Assembly (NCBI GenBank): GCA_041675145.1
Contig: JBAYUK010000001.1
Location: forward strand, 312,283 to 376,282
DNA: 64,000 nucleotides
Direction of reading: 5' to 3'
Origin: Patescibacteria group bacterium
Lineage (GTDB): Bacteria; Patescibacteriota; JACPGU01
Shown here: piece after piece, positions 8,180 through 17,942 of the stretch
Numbering within the stretch: position 1 is the first letter of the stretch
Layout of the letters: each line of letters starts with the position of its first letter
The notes under the pieces: generated by a model
Seen by the model: the letters and a program-made list of their open reading frames with translations, nothing else
What the model was told of the DNA's origin: nothing
The model's database searches: none
Program-made: the position numbers and the translations under genes

Positions 8180-9643
8180 ATGTATGACCTTTCTTCATTT
8201 TTTGCTCTCTCTCCTCGAACACTCACCCCAGATGAGCAGGCTTTGATCGAAAAAGCCTACCACTTTGGAAAAACCGCTCATGAAGGACAGTTCCGTTTTA
8301 GCGGAGAACCTTACTTCGCCCATGTCTATGCGGCAGCCACCACGCTTCTCAAACTCAATCTCGACGCCGAGACTATCGCCGCTGGATTTTTACATGATGT
8401 TCCGGAAGACACCGCCATTACTCTTGAAGAGATAGAAAAAAAGTTTGGTTCTGAAATTGCCTTTCTCGTTAAAGGCGTGACTAAACTTACCCAGGTACGC
8501 TACCGCCACACCCAAGAAGGACAGATGGAAAATCTGCGTAAAACGTTTCTCGCTATGGCGCAGGACATCCGCGTGGTTCTCATTAAGTTGGCCGACCGGT
8601 TGCACAACATGCAGACTCTCTCTGCAGTACCCAAAGACAAGCAACTGCGCATTGCGCGCGAAACACTGGAAGTGTACGCACCCATTGCGCACCGCCTCGG
8701 GATTGGAGAAATTAAAGGAGAGCTCGAAGACCTAGCCTTTGCCTATGTGTATCCCAAGGAATACGAGAAGCTGCTTACTGAATCTACTCCCTACTATACC
8801 GGTATCAAACAGTACATTGAGCGCATTAAGCCGGAACTAGTAACTGCGCTTAAACAAGAAGGAATTACCCCGCTCTCACTGGACGCCAGAGCTAAGCACC
8901 TCTATTCACTACATAAGAAACTCTTAAAAGAAGGAAAGAATATCGACTCCATCTACGATATTACCGCACTTCGTATTATCGTTGCCTCAATTGACGAGTG
9001 CTATAAAACCCTGGGGCTCATCCACAAGCTCTTCCGTCCACTGCCGGGGCGCATCAAAGACTACATTGCTCTACCAAAACCAAACGGATACCAGAGTTTA
9101 CACACTACCGTTTTCTGTTATGACGGAAAAATTGTAGAAATTCAAATTCGTACTATGCAAATGCACCAGGAAGCAGAAAATGGAATTGCTGCTCACTGGG
9201 CATATGCCGAACATGGTAAGCCCAAGAAGGGCTTTGCTATGAGCCACCATAAATTCAACTGGGTCAAGCAACTTCGCGAATGGCAAAACATGGAACTAGG
9301 AAGCTCTGAGTTTATGGAGTCATTAAAAATAGACTTCTTCAAGAACCGCATCTTCGTTTTTACTCCAACTGGTGATGTTATTGACTTACCAGAGGGAGCA
9401 ACACCAATCGACTTTGCCTACCAGATCCACTCTGATGTGGGAGACCACGCTTCGGGTGCGATGGTGAATAAAAAGATTGCTCAAATCAACACGCCACTGC
9501 AGAACGGAGATATTGTTGAAATCTTAACGCAAAAAAACAAAGAGCCAAATCGTCAGTGGCTTGGCTTTGTGAAAACCTCAGGCGCACGAAGCAAAATTAG
9601 ATCTAAACTAAAAAAGCACGGGTTCTCACTTTTTAAGAAATAG
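8180..9643 (+). CDS. relA: bifunctional (p)ppGpp synthetase/hydrolase (RelA/SpoT homolog, Rsh)
   Basis: HD domain (HDVPEDT), synthetase motifs (SLHTTV, IQIRT) and a TGS domain (IFVFTPTGDVIDLPEGATPIDFAYQIHSDVG). An extended -10 TGATATAAT lies at about 8130. Confidence 0.85.
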   Translation: MYDLSSFFALSPRTLTPDEQALIEKAYHFGKTAHEGQFRFSGEPYFAHVYAAATTLLKLNLDAETIAAGFLHDVPEDTAITLEEIEKKFGSEIAFLVKGVTKLTQVRYRHTQEGQMENLRKTFLAMAQDIRVVLIKLADRLHNMQTLSAVPKDKQLRIARETLEVYAPIAHRLGIGEIKGELEDLAFAYVYPKEYEKLLTESTPYYTGIKQYIERIKPELVTALKQEGITPLSLDARAKHLYSLHKKLLKEGKNIDSIYDITALRIIVASIDECYKTLGLIHKLFRPLPGRIKDYIALPKPNGYQSLHTTVFCYDGKIVEIQIRTMQMHQEAENGIAAHWAYAEHGKPKKGFAMSHHKFNWVKQLREWQNMELGSSEFMESLKIDFFKNRIFVFTPTGDVIDLPEGATPIDFAYQIHSDVGDHASGAMVNKKIAQINTPLQNGDIVEILTQKNKEPNRQWLGFVKTSGARSKIRSKLKKHGFSLFKK

Positions 9644-11728
9644 TTTCTCTATTGTTTCTTTCGTGGTTGGGTTAAGAGAAGACGCTGGTACTGCAGGTTT
9701 TGGAATAAGACTCATAACCTTTGTGGTAAGCGGTAGACCAAAGACCTTTTGCGCCACTACTCCTAGGAGAACTAGTGAAACAGACATCAGAACCAGTGGC
9801 TGGGTAGCAACTGGTTTTTGTGGCTCCTGGGGAATTGGTTTTTCAAAATGCGGCGTGGATGATTGTGCTGCTGTACGCTTGTCTACTACATAAGTAGCAC
9901 TTCCCAAAGCCTCGTCGTCATATGCCAGCTCACCCCTTGCCTCGCCCATGATCACCGGCACATACGAGCTAATGCGTGCCTCCTCTACAACTACGCTACT
10001 TTTTTGCGGCAGAATAGTTGGTGTACTGCCCTTCGGCACCACTACCGGCACACTGGTTTTCGGCACAGAAGGAGCAGTAACTACGTTCGCAGCAGAAGTT
10101 GCCTTGGTTATTGGTTTACTTGTTTCTGCTACCAAAACACTGGTATGTTCCCATTTCCAGGCGCCGTCTTGCAGTACATAGCGCGCACCTTCAAGAGCGT
10201 TCGTGTAAGTTACGCTTGCAGCGCTGTGTTTAGCAGGGTCAAAGAGCGTAATGCTATCCCCTGCATTATTAAGGGATATCTTCGTGTCCTCAGAAAAGAA
10301 TGTGATACGCTCACCCGCGTGGATAATACGATCTGCTTTTATTTCGTAGATCTTCCCTCCACTATCTACCAGTGACCAGTTTTTTAAGTTCGTATCACTC
10401 CCGGTGTTTTCCACTTCAATATATTCGTCGGTTCCATCGGCCCCTTTCGGGTTGGGCAATAGAGAAGATACCCGAATACTGTTTGAAAACTGTGGAGTAC
10501 TAGCCGGGCTAGTCTGTGTTACCACACTACTTGAAGAGCTTGATGAATTCGTGGTAGTGGCATTTGTACTCGTGGTGGTAGTGCTACCGCCTCCGCCACC
10601 AGCCGACTCAACTACCACGGGTACAGGAGCAGTGTTTTTTAATCCGTGACTTACCGGAAAATCCACCACCCACTGTCCGGTACCATCGAGATTCCTCGAG
10701 ATACTTACATCTGTTGTAGTTGCACTGTAGTCGAGCTGATCCTGAACTACCCCATTTGGATTCTTAAGTACCACACTATCTCCCGTGTTATTGAGAATAA
10801 GGCCAGTATCTTTTTTGTAGAGCACCAAGTACCCACCCGCTCCAATGGTGGTTGTGGTAGGGATAGTGTAGGCAGTAGAGCCACCACTCTCGATATCGTC
10901 AAGAGTCCACCCGGATATATCTACCGTTCCAGTATCTGCGTTATATAACTCAACCCACTCGTCGTTGGTATCTGCCGCCAAGTCACCGTCCCAGTCGGTT
11001 ACCGTTCCCGGTGCCGGCATAATCTCGTTTATAAAAATATTGGTATTGTATGTGACCGGCACTGGTGTAACAGGAGCAAGTGCCCCTGGAGGCAATTCAG
11101 AAGCAGTTGTGGTATTTTGTGGTTCTGGTACTACCCGCAGGTCAAAATCACTCACATTACTGTCTGTATCTTCACCATTCCCATGGGTAGCATCTGCTAT
11201 GCCTGGTTTGCGCTCTATACTCTGGCTAGCGGGTGGATTGCTGCCAAATGCGTTGCCTTCAACAAATACATTGGTAGCGAGTCCCCAGGCTACTGAGTCA
11301 ACAATAACTCCGGTATCTGCCGCACCATCGCGCAAGGCTACTCCATTATCTGCAGCCAGCGTTCCCGCAGTTGTTGCGTCAGGCACAACCGTAATACCAG
11401 TAAAACTACTATTTGCCCATAAAAAATACCCGTATGCTGGGATTACGTCACTAGTACCAAAACTTTTCAGTGTAGTGTCACTGCTTCCTCCCGCAGTTCG
11501 CTTCACTAATCGAAACTGATTAAGGGAAACCGCACTGCTCGTGGGATTGTACAACTCCACGAAGTCGTCAGTAGTTGCGGTGCCTGCTATCTGTACCTCC
11601 GAGATAACAAGGTGCGTGGCAGTTGCCGCATGAACTGGAAGAATGTAACAAGGAAGAGACAGAAGAGTCAGGCACAAAGTAAATATAGATAATCCTATGT
11701 TTTTTATTTTTTTATTCATACCAAACAC
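9626..11728 (-). CDS. secreted/surface protein with three lamin-tail domains (LTD) and Ser/Thr-rich linkers
   Basis: Signal peptide MFGMNKKIKNIGLSIFTLCLTLLSLP...HAATA. LTD signatures are HLVISEV...DFVELYNPT, IFINEIMPAPG...EWVELYNAD and LLPNPKGADGTDEYIEVENTG. Poly-S/T runs and a C-terminal hydrophobic segment are present. Confidence 0.7.
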   Translation of the reverse strand: MFGMNKKIKNIGLSIFTLCLTLLSLPCYILPVHAATATHLVISEVQIAGTATTDDFVELYNPTSSAVSLNQFRLVKRTAGGSSDTTLKSFGTSDVIPAYGYFLWANSSFTGITVVPDATTAGTLAADNGVALRDGAADTGVIVDSVAWGLATNVFVEGNAFGSNPPASQSIERKPGIADATHGNGEDTDSNVSDFDLRVVPEPQNTTTASELPPGALAPVTPVPVTYNTNIFINEIMPAPGTVTDWDGDLAADTNDEWVELYNADTGTVDISGWTLDDIESGGSTAYTIPTTTTIGAGGYLVLYKKDTGLILNNTGDSVVLKNPNGVVQDQLDYSATTTDVSISRNLDGTGQWVVDFPVSHGLKNTAPVPVVVESAGGGGGSTTTTSTNATTTNSSSSSSSVVTQTSPASTPQFSNSIRVSSLLPNPKGADGTDEYIEVENTGSDTNLKNWSLVDSGGKIYEIKADRIIHAGERITFFSEDTKISLNNAGDSITLFDPAKHSAASVTYTNALEGARYVLQDGAWKWEHTSVLVAETSKPITKATSAANVVTAPSVPKTSVPVVVPKGSTPTILPQKSSVVVEEARISSYVPVIMGEARGELAYDDEALGSATYVVDKRTAAQSSTPHFEKPIPQEPQKPVATQPLVLMSVSLVLLGVVAQKVFGLPLTTKVMSLIPKPAVPASSLNPTTKETIEKLFLKK

Positions 11729-11730
11729 TA

Positions 11731-11949
11731 CTATAATAACCTGAGTAAGTCTTCTGCAGTGAGACGCGCGTATCGCAAGATACTTTTAAGTGTACCAACC
11801 CTCATATCTCTACTATGGTACGGAACAGTGACGACCATATCCTCCTTTGTGAAAACTCTGTGACTGCCTCTTTGACGAACAAATAAAAAACCGGCTCTTT
11901 CAAGAGCTCGGATTAGTTCTTTTGGCTTTAGTACTGGAATCTGTGACAT
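11731..11949 (-). CDS. hicA: HicA-family mRNA interferase toxin
   Basis: 72 aa MSQIPVLKPKELIRALERAGFLFVRQRGSHRVF is a classic HicA. Confidence 0.8.
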   Translation of the reverse strand: MSQIPVLKPKELIRALERAGFLFVRQRGSHRVFTKEDMVVTVPYHSRDMRVGTLKSILRYARLTAEDLLRLL

Positions 11950-11955
11950 TTAGTA

Positions 11956-12243
11956 CTATACTTCAACACTGACCGGAGCAACTATTACACGTGAAGTATA
12001 AGGGATGTTATTTTTATTTTCTTTCGAAACTTCAATATACAGTTCCGCTGCCTCTCGGATATTATCAGATGCCTCTTCAAACGTGTCTCCTTCAGAGACA
12101 CAACCAGGCAACGCAGGTACCGTAACCGTATACCCGCCTTCAGGCGCCTCTTCAAAGACAGCAGCGTATTGATGCACAGTAGTCATAAGGAGTTTCTTGC
12201 TCATGAGTATATTATGCCAATAAAAGTGCGAACGGTCAAACAC
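11956..12243 (-). CDS. hicB: HicB-family antitoxin
   Basis: YTVTVPALPGCVSEGDTFEEASDNIREAAELYIE is the HicB/UPF0150 fold. The true start is probably the internal Met at about 12186-12204. It overlaps the upstream acyltransferase stop. Confidence 0.65.
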   Translation of the reverse strand: MFDRSHFYWHNILMSKKLLMTTVHQYAAVFEEAPEGGYTVTVPALPGCVSEGDTFEEASDNIREAAELYIEVSKENKNNIPYTSRVIVAPVSVEV

Positions 12244-13414
12244 TCACCTTGCGTTTCAAGAACCACTTTTCTATATACCGATACGATAGATACGCCATAC
12301 CAAACGAAAGCGCAAAAGAGAGAATAATAACAACAATAAAGTGCGGAATAGACTCGTAGGTGAGTTCAACTCCTAGCTTGAAGAGAGTAGCAATCACTAG
12401 TGACATAGCAATCATATGGTAGGCGTAAAACCCGTAGGAGATAGTGCCAAGGAATGAAAACAACTTCAGTTCCTTGGCCTTAAAAAATGATTGTATCGAT
12501 TCATTCTGCTCAAAAATAATAAGCGCGAAGAGTATGGCAAGCACTAATGGCACAAATACAGCCGAGAGGTTGCGTACCAGTACATTCTCAACTGAGACAT
12601 ACGTTAGGTAGTGGCGCCCAATAATAACCGTGGCGGTAAGAAGATAGAGCAGCGCAACCCCCGGTTTGGGAATACGATGTAATAATGCAATAACTCCTTT
12701 TTTATAGTACAGCGCCCAGGCCAGCAAGCACCCAATTGCAAGATCCGACATTACTGAGAAGGTGGAAACTCCCAACACCTCTGGACTACCAGCGTAGTGC
12801 AACCGGTACAGGCAGGACAGAGTAATCACGAGACCCAGTGAGTATGGTATATACGTTCTCGGCAAGAAAGATACCACCCATGGCCACACTAAGTAGAACT
12901 GCTCTTCAACCGAGATAGACCAGAGGACATCGAGTGTTCTGCCTGAAGTACCGTGAAAGGCCAAGGTAAAGTTACCTAGGAACACGAGAAAACTTGGGAG
13001 CGATGGTAGGTGAGGTAAAACCGGATACGGTAAACCAAAACTACCCAGTAAAAAATGGAGGATAGGAGGAAGAATAAAGAACCCTGTTATAAGGGTAATA
13101 AAATACACTGGCCAGATACGCAAGATCCGTCGCTTATAAAACTTCCAGAGGTTAATCTTCCCAAAATGATCCTGTTCGGTAAATAACAAGTAGCTAATAA
13201 GAAAACCTGAGAGCACAAAAAAGAACGAGACACCAATATCTCCGTTAATTAACACGTACTTTTTAATCTTCAAGTATAACGCGTTATTTTCCTCGTATCC
13301 TAAGAACAAGGCCGCGTGAGAGACAAAAACCACAAGGAACGCAAAAAAACGCAACCCGTCGAGGTTGGCGAAAAATACTTTTGGATGTTTTTGTGAAGAA
13401 AGCACAGCTGACAT
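12236..13414 (-). CDS. acyltransferase 3 family integral membrane O-acyltransferase
   Basis: Track ORF 12236..13519 trimmed to MSAVLSS... The N-terminus FFANLDGLRFFAFLVVFVSHA is the Acyl_transf_3 signature, followed by about 10 TM segments. Confidence 0.75.
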   Translation of the reverse strand: MSAVLSSQKHPKVFFANLDGLRFFAFLVVFVSHAALFLGYEENNALYLKIKKYVLINGDIGVSFFFVLSGFLISYLLFTEQDHFGKINLWKFYKRRILRIWPVYFITLITGFFILPPILHFLLGSFGLPYPVLPHLPSLPSFLVFLGNFTLAFHGTSGRTLDVLWSISVEEQFYLVWPWVVSFLPRTYIPYSLGLVITLSCLYRLHYAGSPEVLGVSTFSVMSDLAIGCLLAWALYYKKGVIALLHRIPKPGVALLYLLTATVIIGRHYLTYVSVENVLVRNLSAVFVPLVLAILFALIIFEQNESIQSFFKAKELKLFSFLGTISYGFYAYHMIAMSLVIATLFKLGVELTYESIPHFIVVIILSFALSFGMAYLSYRYIEKWFLKRKVSV

Positions 13415-13604
13415 GTACCTATCATACCCAGAATGTACACGTAATGACAATAAACATATATACAGACTTATATTTATATATCCATTTGTAGCATCACTAC
13501 TCACAACATATATTGACACAACTATTCGCAGTATGTATAATATAGCTATTCAGCTCTACCTGCTCTTTTCACGTCCAAACATCAAAACACCCTAGGAGGC
13601 TTCA

Positions 13605-14498
13605 ATGCGAGAGTTCTTTAAACGTCACACCACTATCTTGAAAGTCATTTCGGTAGTAGGAACGATCCTGGGAGTAAGCTGTGTAGTTATCCTTGAGATA
13701 GCCCGCAAAGATCACCCCCTAACCATTGCGCTGCACAGCATGCAGAAGAGAGAAAGAGACATAACCATCCACAATATCTCTTCTGCATATAACGTGGTTT
13801 TTCTCAAAGACAACACTCTACTCAAACAACCACTCTCAGTCGGTGGCAAATCAGGCTTTATCGTCTGTGACCTCAGAATCAACCACATGCCATACCTGCA
13901 GTCCTGGATAACAACGAGCAAAAGTCCTGGATATGAAGATGTCACTCCTGATTTTGAGCTCACCATCAAGCTCAACCGTTGGTGCTGGGATCTTGAAAGG
14001 ACCATAACCGCAAACGAAAGGATCTTTAAGACCAAGGACTCCACCACTACAGGCTCTACCAGCATTACACATGCAGGTAGCGTCAGTGGATCAGTTGAAG
14101 TTAAGGAGCACAACGGATCGTTAGAGCCAAAACCATGCATCGAGCCAAGTATCAACCAAAAGTTTGACCGGGCTGAAAGCTATATAGATAAAGAACACTG
14201 GAGGAAAAAGCTTAAAGCTCGGTTCAAAGACCAAATAGATGAGGACGACGAGTTCACTTTCCCTTTTCACGAAACTCCAGCCACTACTGGGCTAAAGTAC
14301 ACCCTCGAAGGGTATGCTAATTGCGAATCAGAAAACAGCGAAGACGGCTATGGTAGTGGATACCTATTCAAAAACAAGGAAGACGACCTCGTAATTGACT
14401 TGGCTGAAAAAGAACGACTATTCGTTAGAGGGTGGTGCGCTAAAAAGCTAAAAGAAATTACCCAAGACCCCACTCTCTTCCCACAGACCTGTAAATAG
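13605..14498 (+). CDS. hypothetical membrane-anchored protein (297 aa)
   Basis: N-terminal TM (ILKVISVVGTILGVSCVVILEI) and an acidic C-terminal region. No family recognised. Confidence 0.45.
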   Translation: MREFFKRHTTILKVISVVGTILGVSCVVILEIARKDHPLTIALHSMQKRERDITIHNISSAYNVVFLKDNTLLKQPLSVGGKSGFIVCDLRINHMPYLQSWITTSKSPGYEDVTPDFELTIKLNRWCWDLERTITANERIFKTKDSTTTGSTSITHAGSVSGSVEVKEHNGSLEPKPCIEPSINQKFDRAESYIDKEHWRKKLKARFKDQIDEDDEFTFPFHETPATTGLKYTLEGYANCESENSEDGYGSGYLFKNKEDDLVIDLAEKERLFVRGWCAKKLKEITQDPTLFPQTCK

Positions 14499-14646
14499 AG
14501 CAGGCGTAACCAAGCAGTTAGAATAGCGATCCGTAAGGGTCGCTATTTTTGACTTTACTTAGCGATTATTATATAATAATCGCAGTTCTTAATTGAACAT
14601 TCACATTCGGCTAAATACACACACCAACGCCACTAAGGAGGCATAC

Positions 14647-15999
14647 ATGAGTACAGCAGTTGTCGCTGCAAATCAAAGAAACACCTGGGGGAGAGTCGAA
14701 GAGACCCTCCAGACCAACAACGCCCAGTCGGTCGAAGCTTTGAAACATAAGCTCGTAAAGCTTGCGGCAGAAAAAAGCGCCCTCGAAAAAAAGTTTGACG
14801 AAAAAAACCAGCAAACAGGGAGTATGTTCTTCGGATTTATTGTGAGGCCAGGACTCCTCCCAAGCTCTGTGATGTCGTTGACGCGCGAACAAAACGCGGA
14901 AATCAAACAGATCCAAGAAGAACTGACTGGACTGGATCTGCAGATCACAGAACTGAAAAAAGACATTGAGAAGCTGGAGTTCAACCCAGACCACTGGCGC
15001 GAGAAGCTTCTGGCCTATGGCATCCTCCCTTGGGCGATCGTGAAACAGAACTTCTATGAGCACTTGTGCAAAAAACACAAGATGGTGACTTTTCGCCACC
15101 TCGCCATGGACGGCACAACACACTGCCTGCCCGGACACGAAAGACCTGGGAGCAAGGAAGAAGGTCAAGCTGACAATATGTTCAATTTGACAATCTTTAT
15201 CCTCTTATCCGCAGTCGCGACAGCTGGAGTCTTCCTGCTGAGTTCCTCGCCAAACCCAATTGCAAGCTCACTCCTGTGGGTGGCGCTAACTGCGTTTGCC
15301 ACGTGGGCAGTGTGCGATTCCTCAAAACCGGGACCACGGGAAGTGCTCGTAACATCTTCCATTCTCCTCGTGATAAATGCGTTCGTCTCCACTGCACCCG
15401 CATTGATTTTGAGCAGTGGATTCCTGGCTGCGATAGGCACGACTCTTGGCGGCTTTACCGCCCTCGCACTAGTCTGGTTCTTTGGCAGCATCTTCATAGT
15501 TATCGGCCTCGCCGATAACAGTCAAACGCTACAAACACTCACGAACCATATGGCCCGAAAACTTGCTTTTTTGCACACGCGAGATAAAAAAAGCCAAGCA
15601 GCCTTCTTCTTTCCAAATGGGCGAGACGACCAATACGGGTACGAAATTAAAGTTCAGTTCCCAGAGGTCCCAGACCAATTCGTTGAAACTCTCAACCAGG
15701 CTATACAGACACAGTTTCCTCGGTTCGTGACTGCGGTTCCTGAAGCAATCACGATCGACAAAGACGATAAGGTCCGAGTTATCAACCGTTTGTTTGGAGA
15801 CTTGCTGGACGCCAAGAAAAAAGAAACTCTGGCGAGGAGAGAAGCAGCCAAACGACATATGGTCGACCTCATTGCCGATCCCATCCATGGACTCGAACTC
15901 CCTGATGGCTACATCGCCATTCTGTTCCAGCATGGAGTGTTTGCCTCTGAGCAGGAGCTGATGGAAGAAGCAAAAAACTACGACAACTCAGAAGACTGA
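14647..15999 (+). CDS. hypothetical membrane protein with an N-terminal coiled coil and four TM segments
   Basis: AAGGAGG RBS 6 nt before the ATG at 14647 (MSTAVVAANQ...). Coiled-coil stretches, then TM segments. Confidence 0.5.
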   Translation: MSTAVVAANQRNTWGRVEETLQTNNAQSVEALKHKLVKLAAEKSALEKKFDEKNQQTGSMFFGFIVRPGLLPSSVMSLTREQNAEIKQIQEELTGLDLQITELKKDIEKLEFNPDHWREKLLAYGILPWAIVKQNFYEHLCKKHKMVTFRHLAMDGTTHCLPGHERPGSKEEGQADNMFNLTIFILLSAVATAGVFLLSSSPNPIASSLLWVALTAFATWAVCDSSKPGPREVLVTSSILLVINAFVSTAPALILSSGFLAAIGTTLGGFTALALVWFFGSIFIVIGLADNSQTLQTLTNHMARKLAFLHTRDKKSQAAFFFPNGRDDQYGYEIKVQFPEVPDQFVETLNQAIQTQFPRFVTAVPEAITIDKDDKVRVINRLFGDLLDAKKKETLARREAAKRHMVDLIADPIHGLELPDGYIAILFQHGVFASEQELMEEAKNYDNSED

Positions 16000-16019
16000 G
16001 TGTTCCCCTTACCTACGAA

Positions 16020-16058
16020 AAGCCCCGCGACCACAAGGTCCGGGGCTCCTTTTTTTAT
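16020..16058. terminator. bidirectional rho-independent terminator
   Basis: AGCCCCG, a 13-nt loop, CGGGGCT, then TTTTTTTAT. It sits between convergent genes. Confidence 0.7.
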
Positions 16059-16069
16059 ACATCTATATA

Positions 16070-17341
16070 CTACCTACTATTTTCAGCGTCCATCTGGTTG
16101 AGTACATCCATAATATCATCAGTTAAGTTCTGGTTACTCTGCCAGATAACCCCATGGTCTAAAATCACCCTACCATCGGTATAGAGCACTTTCTTTTTTT
16201 CAGGAATAGTCTCATCTGGAATTTCCCGGTGTTGACGACGCTCTGACCCATAATACGGCTGAGTAATTACCCCACCCTGAACGCGGGTGCGTCGTTCCTG
16301 TGGTTCACGGTCTTGGGCACGGCCAAGGTGAATGAGTCCACCCTGATGGGTACTTTCTTCGTCCCCCCTAAAATGCGCTGCTTGGCGAATGGGAAGCTCT
16401 TCGTTGTCTCGCACGCCGACTGCTTTTTGGAACTGTTCAGGAATTTCGGCGTTAGGGTTGTATGAGAACTTATTACTCGACTCCTCTACTTTTACTTCCA
16501 TTTCAGCCCGACCCTCATCTCCTCCGGCAGCGTATTCCCACTGCTGTTGCTGAATCTCTAGAATCGTTGAAGCAATAAAGGTGGGGTGTTGCACATCTTC
16601 AAATGAGAAGTTTTCTTTTTCACCCGCCGTTTCAATAAAGACAGTTCCAATGTCTAGTAAGGTGTTGATGAGTCCCTTTACTTTCGAGGTTACATCTTGA
16701 ATCTGCTGGAAATTAGTTTCAGAGATTTTGCGACCAAAAAGAATAATCTGCTCAATATCTAGTATCTGGCGGTTAGTGATGACAAAGATATCTAAATAGT
16801 AGTCCAGCCACGAGGCGTACAAGTAGGCAACTAGTGAAAGACAATACATGCCAGAGAAAATAGTAAGGGCTCCACGTCCAAGGTGATCTGAGATATTACC
16901 ACCCAGCGCCTCATGCGCGGCGCGGTTAGAAATAATATCTAAGAGCAAGAAACTACCGAGTGCTACGGTAAAACCAATTGCAAGGGTAGCAATAACAATA
17001 AAGACATACCAGTTGCGCTTAAAAAATTCGATATGACGAGCCGTTTGGCGCGTAGGCTGGATAGTGTGGCGAGCGATGAGAAAAAGTACAAAACCAATTA
17101 CGGCAATAACGCCAACTGCAAAGACGCCCCAAATCAGGCCACGATACGCTGCAAACTCGTGCAAAATGTCTGAGAACTCTTTGCCACTCATCGAGACATT
17201 AGCTACCAGCACAATTGCCATAAATACCACCGCCAAAATAAAGGCGATAACAATATGAGGTAAGTACACCAGCCAGTGGCGGCGCAAAATCATAATGATC
17301 TTTTCATTTTCGTGAAGGTGGAGTACTACCGACTGGGTCAT
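16070..17341 (-). CDS. YdbT-like membrane protein with bacterial PH (bPH_2) domain(s) and an acidic low-complexity C-terminus
   Basis: N-terminus ...IIMILRRHWLVYLPHIVIAFILAVV..., a two-TM hairpin, then PH-like repeats. Family assignment is from pattern only. Confidence 0.5.
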   Translation of the reverse strand: MTQSVVLHLHENEKIIMILRRHWLVYLPHIVIAFILAVVFMAIVLVANVSMSGKEFSDILHEFAAYRGLIWGVFAVGVIAVIGFVLFLIARHTIQPTRQTARHIEFFKRNWYVFIVIATLAIGFTVALGSFLLLDIISNRAAHEALGGNISDHLGRGALTIFSGMYCLSLVAYLYASWLDYYLDIFVITNRQILDIEQIILFGRKISETNFQQIQDVTSKVKGLINTLLDIGTVFIETAGEKENFSFEDVQHPTFIASTILEIQQQQWEYAAGGDEGRAEMEVKVEESSNKFSYNPNAEIPEQFQKAVGVRDNEELPIRQAAHFRGDEESTHQGGLIHLGRAQDREPQERRTRVQGGVITQPYYGSERRQHREIPDETIPEKKKVLYTDGRVILDHGVIWQSNQNLTDDIMDVLNQMDAENSR

Positions 17342-17643
17342 TTGACACCTCCTTTAGGGGTAGTTGTTTTTGCCTGAAACTGCGTATTCTGATCTGAAAC
17401 ATGAATTAATTTGTCGATATAAAAGTGAGCGGAATCATCCCAGGTGTAGCGTCCAATACCAATCAAGGTAAAGGCAATGATACCCAACATCGCAATCACA
17501 AAACAGAGTGTTACTAAAATACTCATACCAGCTAAAGCCCGGTACTGACCAAAAAGCCACACTCGGTACATGGCATAGCCCATCACCGCCACATAGGCGA
17601 TAAGGAACAAAGCATAGATAAGTAGAAGGATGCTTCCAAACAT
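17338..17643 (-). CDS. small 3-TM membrane protein (YdbS-like partner), translationally coupled to the downstream gene
   Basis: 101 aa, hydrophobic. Its stop overlaps the start of the YdbT-like gene. Confidence 0.45.
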   Translation of the reverse strand: MFGSILLLIYALFLIAYVAVMGYAMYRVWLFGQYRALAGMSILVTLCFVIAMLGIIAFTLIGIGRYTWDDSAHFYIDKLIHVSDQNTQFQAKTTTPKGGVK

Positions 17644-17704
17644 GGCAATAAAAATAACTAAATTATGGCTTTATATTCCTAATTTTACATCTTTTTATCA
17701 ATAT

Positions 17705-17733
17705 TGACAAGAGTGGTCATTTTACCTATAATT
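17705..17733 (+). promoter_or_regulatory. perfect-consensus sigma70 promoter (TTGACA, 17-nt spacer, TATAAT)
   Basis: ttgacaagagtggtcattttacctataat. It is followed by a roughly 200-nt leader before the GTG at 17943. Confidence 0.6.
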
Positions 17734-17942
17734 ATCACTATCGCTCGTTGACAAAAAGCGCTTGAATGCTCCAACCCTGGACACATTCAGCCACCCATTT
17801 CTTTGACCCCCATTTCCCCAAGACTATAGAAAGGACGGTATAAGCGCATGAAACAAATTGCCGCATATGCGGACTCGAGCTGAGGATGCCTAACCTCAGT
17901 TCGTGAACAAATCCCGTTAATCCAGAAAAAAGAGGCACATAC

